Origin: Zygophlyctis sp. KS116
Taxonomy: Eukaryota; Fungi; Chytridiomycota
DNA length: 32,000 nucleotides
Direction of reading: 5' to 3'
Assembly (NCBI GenBank): GCA_054661495.1
Contig: BAAFSQ010000009.1
Coordinates: forward strand, 55,145 to 87,144
A model generated the notes under the pieces. The model was not told where the DNA came from. It made no database searches and was given only the letters and a program-made list of their open reading frames with translations. A program made the position numbers and the translations under genes. Of this stretch, positions 1 to 12,770 are shown piece by piece. Each line of letters begins with the position of its first letter. Positions within the stretch are counted from its first letter, which is position 1.

Positions 1-3000
1 TTTCCACGGTTACAATGTACTCCACCAAATCACATACTTCTCCTTCAGGCGCAGCAAATCTGAAAGTAAGCGTGTCTTCATGACCTGGATTGAGCCGTCC
101 TTCTTAACATTTTAAACATATAATATAAATACCTGCAGCACTGACTAAGGACCAACTATCATGGATTTTACCATCGGCTGACGGAATACTTTGTAAAATT
201 ATTCGCCAATCCACAATATAGTTTCCAAAATTTTTAATCGAACGACTGACATCTACACTAGTACCCATCAAAATTCTCCCTACAGATATATCACTCTCAA
301 TATCTAAAGCAATTTCATCTTTGAAAGTTTGGAAGCTAAAGGGAAATTCTTGCATAATTGGTTTGGTAAGGTGTGTAGAAATCTGGAAACAGCCTTCATA
401 AATGGCAACTTCTTCTGGGATCATCGCCAAACATATTTCAAGAACTTCTCCTGGCTTCAGCTGCTTCTTAGAGGACCAATTTGGATTAAATGACAATTCA
501 TAATACTTCACCTTGGTATTTCCTGCTAAAAATTTATAAGAAATTGGAATATCAAGAGTCCCATCATTGGTTATCAATATTTTTCGCTCTTCTCTGGTGT
601 AATATTTCATGTTTATAAATGAAAGATCGCCATCCAATTTCCAACTACAAGTACCAGCCTTGAACTTGAAAGGAAGTGGGAGAGGACTTCCATTTTCTTG
701 TGTGACTTGTATGATATCTTTAACATTTTCAACCTGAAAAGGCTCAAAAATGATTCTGACCTCTTTAGAAGATTCATTCTTTATAGGTAAAAGTCCAGAG
801 TGATTCCTTTCAAACTCAAACTTGAAATATTTAGGAAACACTAACCCGGCGAATCCTTCAATATTTCCTACATTTTCGATAATAAGAGTTTTCTCATAAA
901 TGTTTCCGATTACACATGTCCCCCAATCTAAGCCCTTAAATATCTCGTCTAAAGTTGAAGTGAATTTGAACTCAAATTTAGAACCGCCCCCCAATCCACG
1001 TAGAGAAATGTTTATCGGATCCTTAAGCCATAAAATCTTTAAGAATGATTTGAATTCCCCTTCTTTTGCTGGATGGAAAACTACATTAATAATTTTTTTC
1101 TCGCCTGTATCTAGAAGCCCCTCTTCAATACTCGCACTAAATACTTGCACAGCTGGAGTGAGTCCATCAGATACAGCCTCATTTGAGAATTCCAGCTTCC
1201 AAGTATCTTTATAAGTCCCGACATTTGAAATTGTCAAGGAAATCTTAGACTCAGTATGCCTATTAACTAGACCAAAATCTATAGTTTTGATGTCTGATTC
1301 GAGATTCGGAGATCCTGCACGGCATTTTACAATAAAACTACGAACCAGGTCTTCATCAGACATAACATTAAACTTTTGCCGATAAATTCCACATTCATAA
1401 GATAAAAATGTAGATTTCAGACTGATTGTAGTTCCTGGACATACATCCCCATAACTGGGTTGAATCGTGAAAGGATTTTCCAAGGTTTCATTCGATACGT
1501 TAGATACGTTAGAATTCTCTCTTGGTCTTACAACGTCGGAAATGTCAGCAACAACTACAAACGGAAAAGCCATATTACCATCATTGGAGATATCAAACAG
1601 ACAAATAGGTTCACTGCTAGTACCACTTCTAATGAGACCAAAATCATATATCTCTTCACATATAGCTGCTGGAAGAGAGCTTTCAAGGGGTTTCGCCAAA
1701 TCGATGAGATCCGCAGATTTTTCCAATTTTCGAAGAGTTTGGCCCAAAAAATCCTTATTTCGGACCCATTTTCCATCCGTTATTTTTTCCTTTACTGTTT
1801 TCACAACTTTAAAAGTTTCTTTGATTATTTCCAGGGAAATATTGTTCATGTCCAAACCATTAAGTTGATCAAGAATAGCTTTTGTTTCGGAATCTGATGC
1901 AGCATTTTTGGTTGATTCTACTTTGGAGTATATATTTTCCAGGGATTTTTTCATTGTATCAGCTGTGTCAGTTAATTGAACCATAAGTGCAGTAAAACCG
2001 GGTTCACGAGATAATACAGGATCATCTACTTCTTTAGTAACATCCAGATCTTGCTGGGTTACTATTTTTGAAACACTTCCTGGAGTCCCAGAGCGGTATC
2101 GACGCTGTGAATTTGCGCTCGTCAACTGGCTTCTGGGAGAAGCCGGAGTAGTAGGAATCAATCCCCCATTATCATCAAGCTGTTTGAGCTGGAGCTCGAA
2201 GTCCTTCTCCAATTTTTCGAGATCAGCCACGAATGACAGAGCTAATGACGCATGTACGTCATGTGCCTTTAACTCAGTTCTTGAATGCCTCAAATTTGAC
2301 CCATCAAATATTTGACTGTGTGAGAGGGATTTCGGTGGTTGAGATTGTCGTCTAGCAGACTGAACAGATACCGGCCGGGAAGAAGAATTTGACCCTGATA
2401 TACTTTTGGAAAAAGGACTCTGAGTATCATCCTCCATTTCTGCAACATGTAGTCCTGTAATGTTAAAGGCATTTAAATTTTACCGGCTATAAGATCCTTG
2501 AGATTTTCTATATGTGCAAAGAGGATTTCCTGTTTGGCCCTTCCCATACTTTCGCGATTATTAGATGCTATGGATTTAGCTGTAGAACCAGGCTGGTTTG
2601 AGATCTTTGCAATTCCTTTGCCACCTATTCCCGTCGCCACACCTGAATATGATTCGCCATCTTTTGTGCTGATATTGAAATTCAGCTCATAAGATCCAAG
2701 ATAAAGTCTTGGCTTGATGAACAGTTTAGCAACTAACATTTCTCCGGGTGCAATACTTCCACAGCTAGGTTCAAAATAAAAAATATCAAAATCCATAGAT
2801 GCTAATGGAACTTTATCTTGAAATTGGTCGAGTATAGTAAATTGAAAATCAATTGTCCGAAATCCGGTATTAGATAGAGTGATCGGGCTAAATCGTGGCT
2901 TTCCAATGCATGATATTCCAAAATCAATATGTAGATGACCTGGTGGTATTTTCAAATATGGAACTCCAACCACGCCATAACAAGTGGTGGACTTAACTCC

Positions 3001-6000
3001 TGCGTCGGTCTTAAAAGTGATTTGCGTTTTCAGAGAGTCATAGGTTTTTGGGAAAAATTTAATATACAAGGTTAGAACTTCTCCAGCTTCTAACTGGCCG
3101 GTTTCTTTATCAAGAGTAATAAAAGAACCCGATATTTCTGAGGTCCACGTGCATAAGGCATTCCCATCGTTAATGATCTTAAATGGGATTGATTTTTCTG
3201 TGTCAATATACACAGTTCCAAAATCAAGCTCGGAACAACTGAACTTGAATGATGGTATTCCAATTTTTGATTTCAAAGGAATATTCTGTGTAATCCATTC
3301 TGTATTGGATACTTTTTGCCATAACGCTCGGATATATGCCGATCCTGTGGACACGTGTGTGCAATCCAATAAGATTTTAATAGACACAAAATTTCCTGGA
3401 AAAATTGTATCACGATATTCAAGTGGATCACCAGATAAAAACCGATAATTTGGGCTGGATTGAACAATTTCTAATTCAATATTCATAGGGAGATATCCCA
3501 CATTCTTAACAGAAAAATATTTTTCTACCTTTGATCCTATTTTTATATTCCCCCAATCTAATGAATCTTCAGATGACCATTGAGAAGACCCACCTGTACC
3601 AGACAAAAAAATTGTTTTTTCTCCATATTGATGCCTGAATACAGCTCCTCCCAGTACTCGGACCTGTCCTTTTGTTGGGTGAAACTCAACAGGTATCTCT
3701 ACTTTCATACCGGGCGACAGACTCCATCTAAGATTATTAATTAAATAGTCTGAATGAATCGATCGTAAATAAAATTCCTGGTGTTCAAATGAAAAATTGA
3801 TGACTTTAACTATTTGGATCGGAATTGACGATGAAACTGAACCTTTCACAATTCCTACTGAATAAAGAGCATCTGCCTCTCTTTGATTTTTGGATCTATT
3901 CGCTTCATTAGTTTCAATAGGCACTAAGCCAAAATCTACACCTTTGGGGATAAATTCTAATGGTCTGTAACCAGATCCTTTCATTTTGATTTTAAGAGAC
4001 TTAATTGATAAATTCTCAGCAGATTCATTTAGATCGAATTTGTAAGAGACTGAAAGTTCAGATATTGAATTTTTCCCATAAATGGTTCTATATCCAAGCC
4101 TGAAATGATATGAATGGTAAGGCGAAAGTCTGGGGATCAAATTAAAGGTATCTATAGAACTTGAAGTATTATCTGAGTCCGAAAGAACTATAATTCTGTG
4201 TCCTTGTTTCCCGTAATGCAGATTTTCGTTACTTTTTTGTTCTAAAACGGTGCTTGAGATGCCTTTGATATCTTTAAGTGATATAATCCAAGCGAGTCTT
4301 CTTCGGACAAAGCTCCATAAATCTCTTTCCCTATATATATCCCCATTCGATGTCAAAGATGTGTTTGAGACTGTATTAGTCACACCGACAAAATGAAGTC
4401 GAACCAAAGATGGGTTGGTACTTGTAACTTTATGAATGGCTAACGGCAATGTCCCCTTGTTAGTTAAATAAACAGAAATCCAGCTTATTGTGTCCTCCAT
4501 TTGAAAGCCAAAATCTATGGGTTTTTTGTGATATTTTTCAGATATCAACTCTGCTGTACCACCAGTTGCATTAAGTACTATTACCTGATGCTTATTCGAA
4601 TAAAAAATGTGTAGTTTTGATATAACTCTACCGGATTCAGATGGCTTGAATGAAACTGTGAATTTACAAGACGTTTTGGGGGCAAGCTCGATCGTGTTAG
4701 GAATAATATAAAAGGGCAATGAGGCTAATATGCTAATGCGAGATTTGAAGTTCCCAGAGTTTGTTGCTGTAAAAGTCTTGGAACATTCTTCTGATACAAG
4801 AACGCAACCAAAATCAATCATATCAGGCACTTCGGAAATTGATGATACACAAGCTTGCCCTCTTAAAGATAAAAAGCCTATTTTACAAAATGATAATTCC
4901 TTTGAATCTGATTTTCGAGCATAAATTTCAGCTATTGCTTCATATTGACCGCTCGCTTCTGATGCGAATCTAACTGTTAATGAACTGGACTCCCCTCCAA
5001 ATAACTCCCCTTCTTTTTTGGTGAAGATGAATGAGTTATATTTTTTGGAACCGTCGTTGATTTTCAAAATCCAAAAAATGCTTTCTTCTTGAATATTGTG
5101 AATTGTGACGGTAAGTTCAGACGCTTGTCCAGTTGAGATTTCTCCTCCTGATGCCTCGATCATTCCAAAGTCTAAAAATGTTATTCCATCACTGTTAGGA
5201 AAAGGTGTGACAATTACGTTCAGAGACTGCTCAGCAAAAATCTGTCCAGAATCAAAGCCGCCATCTTCTTCAGTTACTGCGAAAACGGCGCCTTTGACCG
5301 ATATATATGGCGGAATATTAGAAGGAGGAGAAAATAAAATTTCAAATTGCCGAACTTCACCCGATTCAATACAAGCATTTCCCTGGCTAGGAGTAAACAG
5401 TGGCGAAGTAAATATGCTTAACGACTTCATGATTTTGCCACTGTTTGAAAAAGAAAAAGCAATAGATTTAGATCTGAATGTCTTAAAACCTTCAGAAGTT
5501 CCAGTGGATGTATCAAAATATGATCCTATCGAACATTATTTACGCATTCATACCTGGCATCAAAAATCCACGAGGAAATTCGCCCAATAATCTAAAATCA
5601 CGTTTTTTATCTGAACCAGTCGTTTGCTGATTCTCAAGAAAAAAAATTTCTCTTTCTGAGGAAGTGGGATATTCATTTTCCATTTTACTGGAACTAATCC
5701 ATTTTTTGAAAAATTCCAGAGCCTGGCTGTTGCAAACATTGTCAGCTCCGATGCATATTCCGATCAGCTTTAATGGTTGACGAAGCAAGGTACAATCAAA
5801 ATTATTTGGATTGGGATTAAAGATCAACAAAGAGATAATTTGAATAAGAGGTCCCTGGTCATGTGCGTTAAAAGTAAAAGAAATCGGTATAACTGAGAAT
5901 TGTTGAATAACCTGCGGATATTCTAAATCCGCAATGCTATTAGATATAGTACTCTTTCTTTCACATTTATCGAGAGATTTTTGTTGGATGCAAAATTTTA

Positions 6001-9000
6001 GTGGGTACTGACTTCGGTTCACAAGTGGTAGAGTTAGTGAATCAGATTTATCAATATGACAGGCTTTGAAAAATACGTATTCCCAAGTGAGAAATACTAA
6101 CGGTTGCCCAAAAAAGGCCCTGATATTTATCTTTGTATCTTGCAAGTATGAGCAAATAACATCGATAACTCCATTGACATTGCCCTCTTGAGAATAATTT
6201 AGGCAAATGTTAATTGTTTTGGCTATTTTGGGTCCCACTTCAATTAAATAAGGACACTGTATAAATCCCTGTCTGCAGTGAAGGGCCACATGAATAGTTT
6301 TATCGCTAAGATTAAATACTGTTAAAGATCTTGAAATTGGTTTTGAAGGCTCACAAATACCAAAGTCCACAATTTGATTTTTAGAAAGACCATCAGCCAA
6401 TGTTGCCATAACCGCTTGTAAAATGGGTCTATCCCTTTCTGTGATACGGATTTTACCGGATGGATTAGATGAAAACTTGTTTAGAAAAGCTGATCTTTCA
6501 CGACTTAAACTTTCGGCGGTAAGCGCTGAGTCATCCTCGGTTTCGGGATATAATACGATAGGAACACCAGCAGTGAATTTCACAAAGATTTTCGCCATAT
6601 CCCCGCCAGGCCCGGTTATTTCTACAATATCATCGAAAAATCCGGGAGATCTTGCATGTAAATCAAGTTCTATTTGTGCGTATTCCTTAGGTCGCAACTG
6701 GCAAGTATGTTTGCTTAATTCAAATATATTTTGAGGCTTCGATTGTTTTTCTGCATCAGATCTGCAGTTTAAGAGGGAGAGGTTTAAAGTCATTGGAGAA
6801 TTAGAGACATTTGTTACTTTAAATGTGACCATTTTGGAATCATCTGGCGATATCCATCCCCCGTCGATTACATTTTCAGAAACTGTAAAAAATGGCTGTC
6901 TAACTGCTAAAAGCGCAGAAGATGATAAGCACTTTCCAGTGTTATCAATCAAAGATAAAGTGCCTTCTACATGATCCGCTTTCATCGCCAAAGGATTAAA
7001 ACTCAGATCAATATCTTGAATTCCTTCACCCTGTAAGACAAGATGAGAAATATTTACGGAAAAAACGTCCGATGGCTGAACTGATACAAATAAATCTCTG
7101 ACGGATCGATCTGAACGCTGAGCTTTATATCTGATCACTACTAGTTTAGATATAGTAAGTGAAACGCTTTGAAAATTTATAACAGGCGGTTCAATATTTA
7201 ATCGCATAGTGTTGGGTCTAAGATGAAAGAATTGATCAACACCTCTAAGAAGTTCACCCAAATTTTCCATTTCAGTTAAAAGAATTGCAGGCTCGCCATG
7301 GATAGCATTTGATTTCATAGTCTTTCTCGAATAGTGATACGTTTTCTGTACTTCAGTTATATTTGCTTTTAGAATATTCAGATGATCATCCAACTTAGAA
7401 AAAAATTGCTCGATTCTGTTTGAAAGTTCCTCCCCTTTCCTTTTGGAGGAAAGTAAGGAATTAAGCCTCTCATCATCGGTCAAATATAAACTTTCTAAAA
7501 AATAATGAGGTGAAGGTGGTAATATCATCCTTCCAGGAGTAAGAGCCATAGTTTGAATACTGTAGTATGGAATTCCAGAAGATGTATATCCCGTAGGAGG
7601 GGGCAAACTTCTGCCTTTGGGTACAAAATAAGAAGTGCCATTATAAGTGTAACCACCAGTTAAACGTCTAGCCGGAGTATCTGGAGTAATAAGTTTGCCG
7701 TCACTAAAATAATAATGAATCCCCTCACTGGTAAGTCCAAGGGGGTGTGGGCGAGGAGGAGGTGTAGAACCATAAAATGGGACACCTCCCTCTGTATAGC
7801 CTTGCGGAATAGGAGGAAGATTTGCAGGCGGGGCAAAATACGGCTCTCCATTGGCTGTGATCCCAGCAGGAACAGGAGTAATAATTGTGACAGAATCATG
7901 GCTGTTCTTGCCTTGGCTCTTGAGAATCCCTACGTTCATAATATCCAAGTCCTTTGTTGCTGTCGTCTGCTTTTCTCTTCGAAAAAAATCCGAACCTGTT
8001 ATTATTAGTCTTCAACTTTTATTACAAGAAGGATATTGATCATCAATAATTTCCATGTGAATTGCAGTCCATTTATTTGAGTTATTACGAGAGCGAATAT
8101 ATAAATTGAATCTGGATCCAATAATTATCTCAGACTCACTTCGTGTAAATTTGAAAAGATCTTACGTTTCCGATAAAGAACCAATTACTGGTGAAAGCTC
8201 TTGACCAATAGCCTTGACAATAGCCAAAATGCGCTGTAGTCTACCTGATTCAGGGTCGATTATATCAAATATTATTCGGGCGTTCAATAGAAAATCTGAA
8301 GATTGGTTAGTTTTCGATAGACTAAAATAAGAATAACATTAGAAATTACGCTTCTCTTATCGGCCACAAAACAGGACTTCTTTTTGATGTAAATCCATGC
8401 GGAATATCCTGTATGATTACATTGTCATAATCATTTATTTGTTTCATCCGGTCTATATCCACTTTATCAGGATCATATCCAGGATGAGGACTTGATGCCA
8501 GGAATCCGTAAGGTATTCTTCGAGGATCAGATGTGAAGGCCTCGATAACTTTTGGAGGAATTACTGTTGTACCTTCGGGAATCTTTATTTGAAAATATTC
8601 TTGTTCTGGTAGTGGAAGCACTGAGGATAAGAATTCAGCAGATGAATCGATTTGCATAATTCCTGAACTGTTAGCATCAGTTATTCGCCCAGGAGAAAAA
8701 GAATATCCTGGGGGCAAATCAGGGACAGAGCATGATATTTCTCTAAATTCATATCTTGATAAAGGAGGGGATACATTTGATTCGGAATCTTCCTAAAAAT
8801 TATTTTTAAAAAAGATACTTCAAACAGGAAAGGGACAGTAGTGCTCCCGACTGGAACTCCTGGTATAGAAGGAATACATATACTGATCGAGAGTGAGGCA
8901 TCAGGATGGATCGGTAAATTTACCAATAGCGCCTCAGTGTTTCGCAATGAGGAGGAAGAATTCAAAAAGAACCCGGGATAATCAGGAACTGGATAAAGTG

Positions 9001-10620
9001 AATCCCATGTACCGGGGGGCTGAGTCAATAGATGCAAGCTCTTTTCAACTTGCGCAAGCTTCGTCTTTTCATTTTTCAGTCTCTAATATAAGCCAAAGTC
9101 GCATACCATTTTAATTGAAACAGCTTCATTTTCAAATCTCTTTTGTTGCTGTAATGACAAGATAATGTGACTACACTTCTCAAGTCCTGAGCCAATCACC
9201 GATAGTCCTTTTATCAATGCATCTTTTTCAGTGATAGGAAGCCAATTGCTGTCAGTTTACAAACAGAATATATTTACCTGACAAACTGCACTGCCAATCT
9301 TTGTAAATCTGGTATATTTGATTTCATCAATGGATGTATATACTTTTTAAATAGTGAGCCTACATAAACAGAATTAAGATCAGTTTTATGAAACTTTCAT
9401 TTTAAAAATACCAAAATAGCATACATCATGATCCAGAATTCCTAATATAGACATTAGAATATACACAATTGTATTGCCATTTTTAACTAATTCACCGTGG
9501 GGCGGCATCAATCCAAATTCCTCGTGGATCAAGTACAATATCATATCTTGCATATCATAGGACCTTTGGTGAAAATAAGTCGTAAATTTTCCAAGTGAAT
9601 GAAATAGACTAACTTTTAGCCGCTGAATTTCTGAAGATGGCTTTATTTTCTAAATCTTAGTTTTGATTAAACGTACCGTCTCTTTCTCCTTGAGCTGGAT
9701 AGAGAGCAGATTTTTACAAAGATTCTTAAAAGCCTTGATTGTTATTTATAATCTGTTACCGAAAACAATAAATCAGCATATTCTGGAACATTTCCCCCTG
9801 TTAGACCAATTTGTCCCAAAATGTAAATTGCCTTTAGGCGATTTTCACGACGCTCATCAGATTCAACAATATTATTCAGCGATTTTATAATTTCCTTTTA
9901 CTTGAGTAAAAAATCTTACTGTTAGAGTTTCAATTTCAAATAAAGTTCTCTTTAATCCTGGTAAGGCTTTTTGAATCGCAAACATTGCCAAATATCTAGA
10001 CATTGGCTCGGCTTGCACTAGACCCATTAGCATAAGCTTCCATGCACGATTCATGGAACCTACAGACGCATAAAATTCACCAGAATCTAAATTATTAAAA
10101 AATTTCAATATACCAGGTTTCTGTTCATAAAGCTTCTTTCCTATATTAAGTAATGTAGAAGATATCTTATGATTAGGAGCATTGTCCAGATTTAGATCAT
10201 TGTATCCTATTGTCCGACTACTCTGAATACAAGAATATAAAACATTATTTTCAGAATTTCTAATATTGAAAGACTTCTCCTTTAAATATATTTCAGAAGA
10301 AACCAAAACCTGATTCCATAGTTCCTGGACAATATTGACAAAAGTGGGCGCAACAACCTTTTGATTGAGTATATTCCTAAAGAATCCACGCATCTATATA
10401 TTAATATTCAAAATCATACCACGTTTGCTCTTAATTTTTCCCATAATAGTTTAGCTCTTGAGCCTGATTCTAGTTTAGGCAAACTTCTAAAAAGCGTAGT
10501 TTTTCGTTTGGTCTTGATACTTGAAGTCAAAGTAAAAATAGAAGTCCGCCTTCTTTGATTCGCCACCTTGGTTTTTACTATTGGAGCTACATAATCATCA
10601 TCGTCAACTGTTTGTGACAT
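1..10620 (-). CDS. Giant (>3400 aa, 3' end beyond window) multi-domain protein: helical/HEAT-like N-terminus, Pro/Gly/Tyr-rich repeat segment, then many ASH/Ig-like (Hydin/CFAP47/DLEC1-type) domains; probably axonemal/basal body
   Basis: ORFs 10414-10620, 9872-10393, 8681-9037, 8346-8717, 5540-7948, 2473-5430 and 104-2437 join into one frame through 14 GT-AG introns of 24-31 nt (e.g. 10394-10419, 5526-5553, 2455-2483, 103-132). The motif [LI]DFG-x-[VC]...[LI]xNxG recurs many times (IDFGCVLV, LDWGNIKIG, LDFGTVYID, IDFGISCIG, IDFGLVNR, LDWGTCVIG), typical of ASH domains. Specific orthology not recognised. Confidence 0.75.
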
Positions 10621-10921
10621 ATTCTCGCGTTTTTAATGAATTTTAACGTATCTTTTGAATAATCAATCTGTACAATTTGCTCTTGATGATCTTCAAAAGG
10701 TTAGCTCATTAGAGCCGGTTTCCAGTATTTAGAAAAGTAATATCTCTCATAATACAATCTCCCATTGTATATTATATAGTATATTTTTAAGCGGTTTTAT
10801 GATCTGATTAGTTTTCTTAAAACGACACTTGATCAGTTCTTAAAACGATCCATCTAAAGTTCACTCTGTCCAAGGGCTGCAAACGTTTTGTTTACGACGG
10901 TGGTGTCCGAACTTATAAAAT

Positions 10922-11340
10922 ATGCAGTTTAGCATTCAAAGAATTACTAAATTACTTTTATCATGCAAAACAGAAAAATGGACTCTGGAAGATATACAAA
11001 TTGCATCAGTTCTAATTACCGGACATGAGATTGACGAGTCTGAATATTCCAAACTCCCAATAGAGTCTATGGATGATTTAATTCTTTATTTTTATAACAA
11101 GCAACCATCTAATTCAGAAATGATGTTGAACGCATTTAATCTGTTGGATATTGGTACTTTTATTGACTGATTTTAGAGGGAAATGGATTCATAACGCTCA
11201 GTGATATTCGGCAGAAGCAAGGACTTCATCCAGAGACTCAGCTTTTAATGTTTAATGCACTTGATACTAGGAAAGCTCAAAGAATTTCTTTTACAGATTT
11301 TAAAAAAATATTTAGAAATGAAGGATCAAATAGCTTCTAA
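10922..11340 (+). CDS. Small EF-hand protein, EFCAB11-like
   Basis: Removing the 23-nt intron 11154-11176 gives ...AFNLLDIEGNGFITLSDI...MFNALDTRKAQRISFTDFKKIFRNEGSNSF*, a pair of EF-hand-like loops. Stop TAA at 11338-11340. Confidence 0.7.
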
Positions 11341-12226
11341 AGTTGCTTCTCATTACAATTCTAGACCGCAGGCTGGTAGAATAGGAAGACAAAGTTCAGC
11401 AGTATTTCATTTAAGAGCTCTTAATAATTGGATAAAGTCTCATTTAATCTCAACTTTTACCAGCAGAGGTGATAAAATACTAGATCTTTGTTGTGGAAAG
11501 GGAGGTGATTTACTAAAATGGGGAAATGCTAATGTATCTCATGTTGTAGGAATTGATATTGCAGCAGTGTCTATTGAACAGGCTAAATCTAGATTTGATT
11601 CTAGTCATAAGAAATTCAAGGCAGAGTTTTATGCAGGAGATGTATTTGCAAATGATATTACTTGTTTTCTTAAAGAAGAAGATTTGTATACTTTTGATAT
11701 AGTCTCTTGTCAATTTGCTCTACATTATTCATTTGAAAATTTAGAAAAAGCTCAAAGAGGACTAAATAACATTTCTAAATCACTAAAAAAAGGTGGTAAA
11801 TTCTTTGCTACTATTCCCAATTCCAATTGGATTGTAAAGAAATTAAGATCATTACCAGACAATGAATTAGAATTTGGAAATTCTTTTTACAAAATTAGAT
11901 TTGAAACAAAAAAAGACTGGCCTTTATTTGGACATTGCTATTGGTTTGCTTTAGAAGATGCAATAGATGATTGTCCAGAATATTTAATCCATCTACCAAC
12001 TCTTGAAAGGTATTTTCTTTTTTTTTTAAAATTTAGATTAGCAAAATCTGTAGGATTAGAACTGGTAAAATCTGAACCATTTCACTCTTATTTCTATAAT
12101 TCTTTAAATGACTCATCATTTGACTTGTTACAGAGAATGAAGGTACTTGACCGTGATGGATCTTTTTCTAAACAAGAATGGGAAGTTGCAGGTGTTTACA
12201 TGATTGTAGTCTTTAAGAAAATTTAG
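11318..12226 (+). CDS. ABD1: mRNA cap guanine-N7 methyltransferase (RNMT/Abd1)
   Basis: VASHYN, LRALNNWIKS, SAM motif LDLCCGKGGDLLKW, SCQFALHYSFE, CPEYL. In-frame 27-nt intron 12010-12036. Start is ATG 11318 (MKDQ) or possibly 11255. Confidence 0.95.
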   Translation: MKDQIASKVASHYNSRPQAGRIGRQSSAVFHLRALNNWIKSHLISTFTSRGDKILDLCCGKGGDLLKWGNANVSHVVGIDIAAVSIEQAKSRFDSSHKKFKAEFYAGDVFANDITCFLKEEDLYTFDIVSCQFALHYSFENLEKAQRGLNNISKSLKKGGKFFATIPNSNWIVKKLRSLPDNELEFGNSFYKIRFETKKDWPLFGHCYWFALEDAIDDCPEYLIHLPTLERYFLFFLKFRLAKSVGLELVKSEPFHSYFYNSLNDSSFDLLQRMKVLDRDGSFSKQEWEVAGVYMIVVFKKI

Positions 12227-12236
12227 ATTTTTATTC

Positions 12237-12708
12237 TCAACAAGTCATTCGAGTCACTTTATCTAGTACTGTTTCATAGCTAACTTCAGATAAATCGGTA
12301 CATTGAATTTCAGTATAAATTCCATCCAATTTCTTTCTCAATGCATCCTTTGATGACGCATACAACATTTTTGGTTTAATTTTTGATGTATCGGGCGACC
12401 TTGTATTAAATAAAATGAGTACCATGTATAAAACAAAATCTTGTTTCTGGTACCTTCGCCAGCAGTTTCATATTGAAAATCATAAACGCAATAGCGACAC
12501 CCATCAGTTGGCAGAGCAGCAATGAAATCGTCATAAGTTCCAGACTCTACAGTCTTTTCAACATCAATTTGCTTTGCATCATCAGAGATTTTGAAAATAA
12601 TAAACTTGTATTTTTTCTTAAGTTTCAAATCTTGAAAGGCTTCGACCACTTGATCACTGACTGCCACTCCAGATGACTAGATTATGAGATTGAGAAGAGA
12701 CTCACCAT
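12237..12708 (-). CDS. COF1: Cofilin / actin-depolymerizing factor
   Basis: ATG, 29-nt intron (12677-12705), then SSGVAVSD. A 23-nt intron (12400-12422) restores [23 protein letters not shown] is present. Confidence 0.97.
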
Positions 12709-12770
12709 ATTTTTTTTAAGCTTTTCAACGCGCCTCACACATAACAAACAAACGCCTCAAAACTGACTTA

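Noticed and set aside
900-8039. Plus-strand ORFs of 60-160 aa opposite the giant gene, and similar shadow ORFs elsewhere
   Set aside because: Antisense shadows of long coding exons, mostly with non-ATG starts and no recognisable motifs.
9394-9411. Possible 18-nt intron gtatttttaaaatgaaag
   Set aside because: The upstream reading frame requires the 31-nt intron from the donor at 9424 using the same acceptor.
1-10620. Naming the giant gene HYDIN or CFAP47
   Set aside because: Shared ASH-like repeats only; no diagnostic features (adenylate-kinase-like or CH domains) seen within the window.
11297-11308. Slippery-like TTTTAAAAAAA suggesting an EF-hand/RNMT frameshift fusion
   Set aside because: RNMT is in the +1 frame whereas such heptamers drive -1 shifts; no stimulatory structure seen; A/T runs are common here.
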